A DNA stretch of 40,186 nucleotides from Candidatus Bathyarchaeota archaeon. GTDB taxonomy: Archaea > Thermoproteota > Bathyarchaeia > Bathyarchaeales > Bathyarchaeaceae. Shown here piece after piece: positions 34,741-40,186 of the stretch. The notes below the pieces were generated by a model. That model searched no databases. It worked only from the letters and a program-made list of their open reading frames with translations, and was not told the DNA's origin. The position numbers were made by a program, and so were the translations under genes. The stretch lies in contig CP070749.1 of NCBI GenBank assembly GCA_020348365.1, positions 685,346 to 725,531 on the forward strand. Direction: 5' to 3'. Numbering within the stretch: the first letter of the stretch is position 1; each line of letters opens with the position of its first letter.

Positions 34741-34932
34741 TTAGCTATGTTGTATCTCTTCGTTCCTATTAACTGATTTTGCATGGTTAAGGAAGTGATG
34801 GTATAGAAAGAATCCTTTCACATATGCTTTGGGAAGAGTCTTAATACAAGCATTTAACAATTGATGTAGTGGATACATGTAGGAAAGGCAACACTTGACT
34901 GGCTGTGCCATTGAGCGACAGGAGACTCCGAA

Positions 34933-35175
34933 ATGGGTAGAAGACGAAGAAGGGTGGTTCGTATTCCTAAAAGGCAGCTGCCAAAGGTTTACTTATGCCC
35001 TAGATGTGGGAGGGAAGCGATTAGAATCGAGACATTGAAGGAGCGAGAGCGTGCAATGGTGCGCTGTGGGAGTTGTGGTTTGACTGAAGAGCTTCCAATC
35101 AAATCAACTTTCCAGCAGGTCGACATTTATTGCCATTTCGCTGACAGATTCTATTCAGGGGAAATTGGTGCGTAG
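34933..35175 (+). CDS. elf1: Transcription elongation factor Elf1 homologue (zinc ribbon)
   Basis: Basic N-terminus MGRRRRR, then CPRCG...CGSCG, then [10 protein letters not shown]. This matches the eukaryotic/archaeal Elf1 pattern (F.C..C ... C..CG ... VDVY..W.D). Confidence 0.75.
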   Translation: MGRRRRRVVRIPKRQLPKVYLCPRCGREAIRIETLKERERAMVRCGSCGLTEELPIKSTFQQVDIYCHFADRFYSGEIGA

Positions 35176-35274
35176 CAGATGCTTTCGAGAAGACGATCAG
35201 ACTCGGTCGATGCCACTTAACATTTTGGTAGGAATCATATATAGCTTAAAAGACGAAATTGGAATGGATCAACC

Positions 35275-36018
35275 TTGATTGGTCGTGTGGAGAGCTACCT
35301 GCTTGACAAAATCCTGAAAGATGGGGCAATCCACATCACCCTTATAGATCCAGAGAAAATGTCTACTAGCGCTGCATCCCATACGGCTAGTGAAGCTGAA
35401 GCCTCTGAGACAACAGCCATTATGGTTGGAGGGTCCACAATTGTTTCTGCTTCTGATCTGGACAAGACCGTGAAGGCGATAAAGAAAGCAGTGAAGATCC
35501 CTGTGATCCTTTTCCCAAACAATATAACTGGCATCAGTAAGCACGCCGATGCCATATGGTTCATGTCTCTCCTCAACTCACTGGATCCATACTTTCTCAT
35601 CGGGGCGCAGGTTCTAGGAGCCCCTCTCATAAAAAAGTATGGTTTGGAAGCGATTCCACTTGGCTACATAGTTGTTGGAGAGGGCGCAGCTGCGGGTGTT
35701 ATTGGGCGAGCTACGCCAATTCCGTACGAGAAACCCGAACTCGCGGCTGCACACGCATTGGCGGCCCGTTATCTCGGGATGCGATTCGTATATTTGGAAG
35801 CAGGGTCCGGTGCCAGACAGCGGGTGCCAGATGATATGATAAGAATGGTCAAATCCACGGATGGGGGCCCATTGATTGTGGGTGGAGGAATCAGAACTGG
35901 CGAACAGGTGAAGCAAGCCGTGGGTGCTGGAGCAGATATCATTGTCACTGGAACCGTCACAGAAGAGTCTGTTGTAAAAGACAAGGTTGACGAGCTAGTG
36001 AAAAGCATCAAGCGTTGA
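35275..36018 (+). CDS. Geranylgeranylglyceryl phosphate synthase (PcrB/GGGPS family)
   Basis: LIDPEK, MVGGS, YLEAGSGA and VGGGIR motifs. TTG start. Confidence 0.85.
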   Translation: MIGRVESYLLDKILKDGAIHITLIDPEKMSTSAASHTASEAEASETTAIMVGGSTIVSASDLDKTVKAIKKAVKIPVILFPNNITGISKHADAIWFMSLLNSLDPYFLIGAQVLGAPLIKKYGLEAIPLGYIVVGEGAAAGVIGRATPIPYEKPELAAAHALAARYLGMRFVYLEAGSGARQRVPDDMIRMVKSTDGGPLIVGGGIRTGEQVKQAVGAGADIIVTGTVTEESVVKDKVDELVKSIKR

Positions 36019-36143
36019 CCTGAACATTCTGAGACTTGAGAAGGCTTTGCTAGGCACGGTCTCCCTTTTGATTTGTTCGTGTCGGAAAAATTGAAAACTC
36101 ACCTCATAGACTGTTACATGAGAAGAACATTTTGGGCGTAAAG

Positions 36144-39100
36144 ATGAGTGAAGAGTACCAAAGTTACATTCTCGGTTTAGAGGGTAAGCTAGCAAAGATA
36201 TACGGAGTCGCGAGAGAGGCTAGGAAGAAGGGATTGGACCCAAATCTTAGCCCAGAGCCTAAGGTGGCAAAGGACTTAGCCGAACTCGTACAAGGATTAG
36301 TTGGGCCTCCACAAGTCGCTGAAACCATAAGAGAGCTGAGCCAGAAGCTCCCGAGAGAGGAGCTTGCATTCAAAATAGCAGAAGATATTGTCTACGGGAA
36401 ATTTGGGCATATGGAGGCTCCCGAAGCCGCTGAGCAGGCTATTAGAACCGCCCTCGCTATACTAACCGAAGGGATTACCGCCGCACCCTTACAGGGTGTG
36501 GCAAGAGTAGCCATAAAGGATAACCTCGATCGAACCAAGTACCTAGCAATATATTACGCTGGTCCAATACGCGCAGCAGGCGGCACAGAACAAGCCCTAA
36601 CTCTGGTCATCGGTGACTCCGTCCGTCGGTTGTTGGCGCTCAATCGTTACAAGCCGACCGCAGAGGAGGTCGGGAGATTTGTTGAAGAGGTGCGACTTTA
36701 TGAAAGAACTGTGTCTAGGTTTCAGTATCACGTCTCCGACGAGGAACTGAGAAAAGCTATCCAGTCTATTCCAGTGGAGGTCACTGGCGTACAGTCAAAT
36801 CCATTTGAAGTCTCATCGTTCCGCAATCTACCGCGCATCGAAACAAACCGAGTGAGAGGCGGCGCCCTTCTCGTCGTGAACGATGGGGTTATCGGACGTT
36901 CCGCGAAGGTCTGGACGATAATAGAGAAACTAGGAATCGAAGGATGGGACTGGCTGAAGAATGTGAGGGAGATTAAAGAAAAGAAGACTGCAGGTTTTAT
37001 GGAGGATGTCATCGCAGGCCGCCCAATCTTCTCATTCCCCTCAAGACGTGGTGGCTTCAGGCTTCGCTACGGAAGAGCTCGCAACACCGGTCTGGCCGCA
37101 GTAGGCTTACACCCCGCGACCATGATGATTCTTCAGGGCTTCCCGGCTGCGGGCACCCAGTTACGCCTTGAAGGTCCTGGAAAGGCGGGGGTAGTTCTTC
37201 CCGTGGACGCCATAGAGCCCTCCATAGTCCGTCTTAGGGACGGGTCTGTTGTACGTGCTTCATCGCAGAACTTGGACGAGATAAAGAACGTGGTTGATAG
37301 GATTCTGTTTCTGGGCGACATTCTGATAGGCTTCGGTGACTTCTTGTACAACAATAAAACACTCCTCCAATCGGGCTTGACGGAGGAGTGGTGGTGTGAG
37401 GAACTTCGCGCAGCTGTAAGAAAGAGATTTGATGGTGATTTGGAGAAGGTCGCTGCTGCTGCGAAGATGTCTATAACACCTCTGGAGGAGATTCTGAGGG
37501 ATCCCTTTGGAAAAAGACCGACTGCTGAAGAAGCGATTTCATTAACCTTAGCTCTCGACGTGCCTCTGCACCCATTCTTCACCTATTTCTGGTCAGCCAT
37601 TTCTCCTGAGGAGTTACGGGAGTTGAGAGATTGGCTGTTGACTTCTGAAACCCAAATTGAGAACGGGGAATCCACTGATATTTCTGGCGTAATGGAAGAA
37701 CCGATTAAGCGAATACTTGAGAGAATCTGCATACCACACAGAATAGTGGAAGACCACATTAGAATTGAGGATGGCGATGCACATGTTTTCGGATTGTGTT
37801 TGGGACTGAAAGTTTCTGAGCGAGAAATCGACAAAGAGGAGTCGGTGCTTCAGAATATCAAACGGATTTCAGGCATATCCGTTAGAGAGAAAGCTCCTAC
37901 GTTTGTAGGCGCTCGGATGGGGCGCCCTGAAAAGGCTAAGAGACGAGAAATGAGACCAATGGTTCACGCTCTCTTTCCAACCGGCATGGCTGGCGGCTCT
38001 CGGCGTGATCTAGTAAAAGCAGCTGGAAAGGGCGTGATTGACATTGAGCTTGTGAGGAGGCGGTGCCCAGAATGCCGCGACGTAACTTCCAAGGCTTGGT
38101 GTCATAGATGTAGCGCAGAGACTATTCTCGAGAGATCTTGCCCAAGGTGTGGAAGGATTTCAGAGCAGAGTTTCTGTCCAGTCTGCAGAATTGCGACTAG
38201 AAGCTACACTAAACAACAGGTAAATCTTAAGGAGTCTGTGGATGAAGCTTGCGAGGGGCTGAACTTCCCTGCTCCAGAGCTTGTGAAGGGTGTGAGGGGT
38301 TTGATGAACGAAACGAAGACCCCGGAAATCCTTGAGAAGGGGATACTTCGAGCGAGATATGACCTGTCCGTTTTCAAGGATGGAACAATTCGATTTGACA
38401 CCACAAACGTTCCGTTGACGCATTTCAAGGCGAAGGAGATTGGTGTTTCTGTGGAGAAGCTTAAGCGACTGGGTTATTCTCATGATTGTGGCGGAGAGCC
38501 GCTTATCACTTCTGATCAGATGTGTGAGCTGAAGGTGCAGGATGTTGTTGTCCCGATGGAATGTGCTGAATATTTCATTCGCGTTGCGACTTTTCTGGAT
38601 GAGCTTCTTAAGAACGTGTACGCGCTTCCTCCACTTTACAGCGTTAGTGGAGTTGGAGATTTGGCAGGGCGCCTCGTTGTGGGTTTGGCTCCCCATACTT
38701 CTGTAGGCATCATAGGTCGGATCGTAGGGTTTACACCTCTGAATGTTTGTTATGCTCATCCCTTGTGGCATTCGGCGAAACGTAGGGACTGCGATGGTGA
38801 TGAGGACGCTTTGATGCTTGCTTTGGACACAGTGTTGAACTTCTCTAAGGCCTATTTGCCAGCTCAGACCGGTGGGATAATGGATGCACCGCTTTTCATT
38901 ATTCCTGTTGTGAATCCCGTTGAGGTGCAGCGACAGGCTCACGAGGTTGATGTTGCCTCGACCTATCCATTGGAGTTCTACGAGAAGGCTACGCAGGGGG
39001 TGTCGTCGCGGAGTGTCAGGGGACTCATAGACTTGGTTCAGCATAGACTGAACACTGAAGCACAGTTTGAAGGCTTTGGCTACACAGTTCCTGTCTCGGA

Positions 39101-39545
39101 TGTGAATATGGGTAATCGTGAAAGCACGTACAAGAAACTGGGACGGATGACTGAGAAGTTGAATAGCCAACTGACTTTGTCAGAGAAGATTGCCGCTGTT
39201 GATGCAAGTACCGTTGCTCTAAAGGTTCTCACGACACACTTCATCCGGGACATAATGGGTAATCTGCGCGCGTTTACAACCCAAAACTTCCGATGTAAGA
39301 ACTGCAGCAGACGGTTTAGGAGACTTCCTCTTCAGGGGAGGTGTCCCAGGTGTAATGGAGCCTTGCTTTTGACTGTGCATCGTGGTGGAATCGAGAAGTA
39401 TTTGGATGTAGCCCGTAAGCTTGTGAGGAGGTACGAGCTTCCTAGCTATTATGCTCAACGGCTTCTGCTGGTGGAGGACGAGATTCATTCGCTCTTTGAA
39501 GGAGACAAACCGAAGCAGATAAGCCTAGGAGACTTCATGGTTTGA
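36144..39545 (+). CDS. dp2: DNA polymerase II (PolD) large subunit DP2
   Basis: About 1130 aa. It has multiple Cys4 zinc modules, the catalytic AKRRDCDGDEDA motif, and a C-terminal CKNC...CPRC ribbon. I prefer the ATG at 36144 (MSEEYQSY) to the TTG at 36132. I see no intein-like insertion. Confidence 0.92.
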   Translation: MSEEYQSYILGLEGKLAKIYGVAREARKKGLDPNLSPEPKVAKDLAELVQGLVGPPQVAETIRELSQKLPREELAFKIAEDIVYGKFGHMEAPEAAEQAIRTALAILTEGITAAPLQGVARVAIKDNLDRTKYLAIYYAGPIRAAGGTEQALTLVIGDSVRRLLALNRYKPTAEEVGRFVEEVRLYERTVSRFQYHVSDEELRKAIQSIPVEVTGVQSNPFEVSSFRNLPRIETNRVRGGALLVVNDGVIGRSAKVWTIIEKLGIEGWDWLKNVREIKEKKTAGFMEDVIAGRPIFSFPSRRGGFRLRYGRARNTGLAAVGLHPATMMILQGFPAAGTQLRLEGPGKAGVVLPVDAIEPSIVRLRDGSVVRASSQNLDEIKNVVDRILFLGDILIGFGDFLYNNKTLLQSGLTEEWWCEELRAAVRKRFDGDLEKVAAAAKMSITPLEEILRDPFGKRPTAEEAISLTLALDVPLHPFFTYFWSAISPEELRELRDWLLTSETQIENGESTDISGVMEEPIKRILERICIPHRIVEDHIRIEDGDAHVFGLCLGLKVSEREIDKEESVLQNIKRISGISVREKAPTFVGARMGRPEKAKRREMRPMVHALFPTGMAGGSRRDLVKAAGKGVIDIELVRRRCPECRDVTSKAWCHRCSAETILERSCPRCGRISEQSFCPVCRIATRSYTKQQVNLKESVDEACEGLNFPAPELVKGVRGLMNETKTPEILEKGILRARYDLSVFKDGTIRFDTTNVPLTHFKAKEIGVSVEKLKRLGYSHDCGGEPLITSDQMCELKVQDVVVPMECAEYFIRVATFLDELLKNVYALPPLYSVSGVGDLAGRLVVGLAPHTSVGIIGRIVGFTPLNVCYAHPLWHSAKRRDCDGDEDALMLALDTVLNFSKAYLPAQTGGIMDAPLFIIPVVNPVEVQRQAHEVDVASTYPLEFYEKATQGVSSRSVRGLIDLVQHRLNTEAQFEGFGYTVPVSDVNMGNRESTYKKLGRMTEKLNSQLTLSEKIAAVDASTVALKVLTTHFIRDIMGNLRAFTTQNFRCKNCSRRFRRLPLQGRCPRCNGALLLTVHRGGIEKYLDVARKLVRRYELPSYYAQRLLLVEDEIHSLFEGDKPKQISLGDFMV

Positions 39546-39560
39546 CATGCGCTTTTATAG

Positions 39561-39851
39561 ATGAATTTCGAATTATCTTGGGGGACTCTGTTGAGGGGAG
39601 CCTACCATCCAAAGGCCTTCTTGTCGCTGAAAAGAAACATTCGGCCAGGTCTAATCGCCAGAACCCAGATTGTTCTGCAGCTTGAAAAGGATGCCCTAAG
39701 CGTCAGAGACGTTGCACAGCATGCTAAGTTGAGCTACGCAGCAGCTCTGCATCATATTCGTCTTCTCGAAGCTGAGAATATACTAGTACGCAGAGGAAAG
39801 AAACCTTTTCGTTGGGAACTAACTGGTGTGGGACAGCAGAGATTGACATAA
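39561..39851 (+). CDS. ArsR-like winged-helix transcriptional regulator
   Basis: R.QIVLQLEKDALSVRDVAQHAKLSYAAALHHIRLLEAENILVRR.....W.LT fits the ArsR/SmtB-type wHTH. It begins 16 nt after the DP2 stop. Confidence 0.6.
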   Translation: MNFELSWGTLLRGAYHPKAFLSLKRNIRPGLIARTQIVLQLEKDALSVRDVAQHAKLSYAAALHHIRLLEAENILVRRGKKPFRWELTGVGQQRLT

Positions 39852-40048
39852 CCTCACATGCGAAATCGCTTTATACCTCAAGGGTAGGAGTAAATAGTTC
39901 AGAGGTGCCATGGTTGCCGTATTGCAGGAAGTGTGGAGCTGCATTGAAAGATGAGGATATGTTCTGCCCGAAATGCGGGGTTCCCAAAACCGGAGAGGCG
40001 AAGAGAAAGCCGAAACCTGAGAGAACACCTGAAAAATGGTGGGGCTGA
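39812..40048 (+). CDS. Small zinc-ribbon protein
   Basis: YCRKCGAALKDEDMFCPKCG followed by a basic tail. The track start overlaps the ArsR-like gene. In-frame GTG 39905 or TTG 39914 would give a peptide of roughly 45 aa. Confidence 0.45.
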   Translation: MGTNWCGTAEIDITSHAKSLYTSRVGVNSSEVPWLPYCRKCGAALKDEDMFCPKCGVPKTGEAKRKPKPERTPEKWWG

Positions 40049-40114
40049 CGCTTCCATCCACCAAAAACCTTAAAAATGTTCCTCACAGAACGATTTGAGG
40101 CGGAGAATACAAAA

Positions 40115-40186
40115 ATGGTTTATTGTACAAAATGTGGGGCGAAAAACGCAGATGACAGCAAAATCTGTACTCAATGTGGAGCGTCT
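40115..40186 (+). CDS. Zinc-ribbon protein, N-terminal fragment (runs off the right edge)
   Basis: From the ATG at 40115 the sequence is MVYCTKCGAKNADDSKICTQCGAS. This is the same C..CG-N10-C..CG ribbon as the preceding ORF. Confidence 0.45.
   Translation, partial: MVYCTKCGAKNADDSKICTQCGAS

Noticed and set aside
36770-36778. ORB-like core TCCAGTGGA inside DP2
   Set aside because: It lies within coding sequence, lacks the AAAC continuation and G-string, and has no partner or AT-rich region. It is most likely chance.
38160-39170. 336-aa ORF on the minus strand
   Set aside because: It lies entirely antisense within the strongly supported DP2 gene. Its sequence is low-information (rich in S, L, R and H) with no motifs. 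Its length is explained by the G/T-ending codon bias of this part of DP2, which depletes antisense stop codons.
36144-39545. Possible intein in DP2 (also considered for cdc6 and DP1)
   Set aside because: The lengths are those of intein-free homologues. I found no Cys/Ser...His-Asn splice-junction block or homing-endonuclease motifs.
1-40186. CRISPR arrays, cas genes, transposases, toxin-antitoxin pairs or known defence genes
   Set aside because: I saw no regularly spaced direct repeats and recognised no such protein motifs anywhere in the window.

Overview
This window is archaeal chromosomal DNA, densely packed with information-processing and core-metabolism genes. They include PolD DP1 and DP2, Orc1/Cdc6, SRP54, aIF5A, L10e, L21e, RNA polymerase subunits L and F, TFS, Elf1, Pus10, TiaS, Dph2, Csl4, Nob1, KsgA, GGGP synthase, PpsA, NadE, NAD kinase and PyrF. 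Elf1 together with PolD suggests a TACK/Asgard-type lineage such as Bathyarchaeia; this is inference only. I found no CRISPR array, transposase, integrase, rRNA gene or recognisable defence island, and no convincing novel multi-gene system. The leads I can support from the sequence are:
- A probable replication origin directly upstream of orc1/cdc6, with an inverted ORB pair flanking an AT-rich stretch.
- A dense array of TGTGAT/ATCACA palindromes next to that origin. It brackets a membrane-anchored coiled-coil wHTH gene and a second putative HTH gene.
- A candidate C/D box sRNA in an otherwise ORF-free 455-bp gap.
- An intron-containing tRNA-Ser(CGA).
- Block-wise flips of G+T versus C+A strand composition that ignore gene orientation, including a shift inside the DP2 gene.
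- Unusual protein architectures: a KsgA-HemK/Mtq2 fusion, a PpsA with a Cys4 insertion, and a five-repeat sequon-rich surface protein.

The ORF track takes the longest ORF, so many of its starts are TTG or GTG. I trimmed several N-termini where homology patterns or neighbouring genes argue for a later start. All assignments come from motif-level recognition by eye; no database search was possible.
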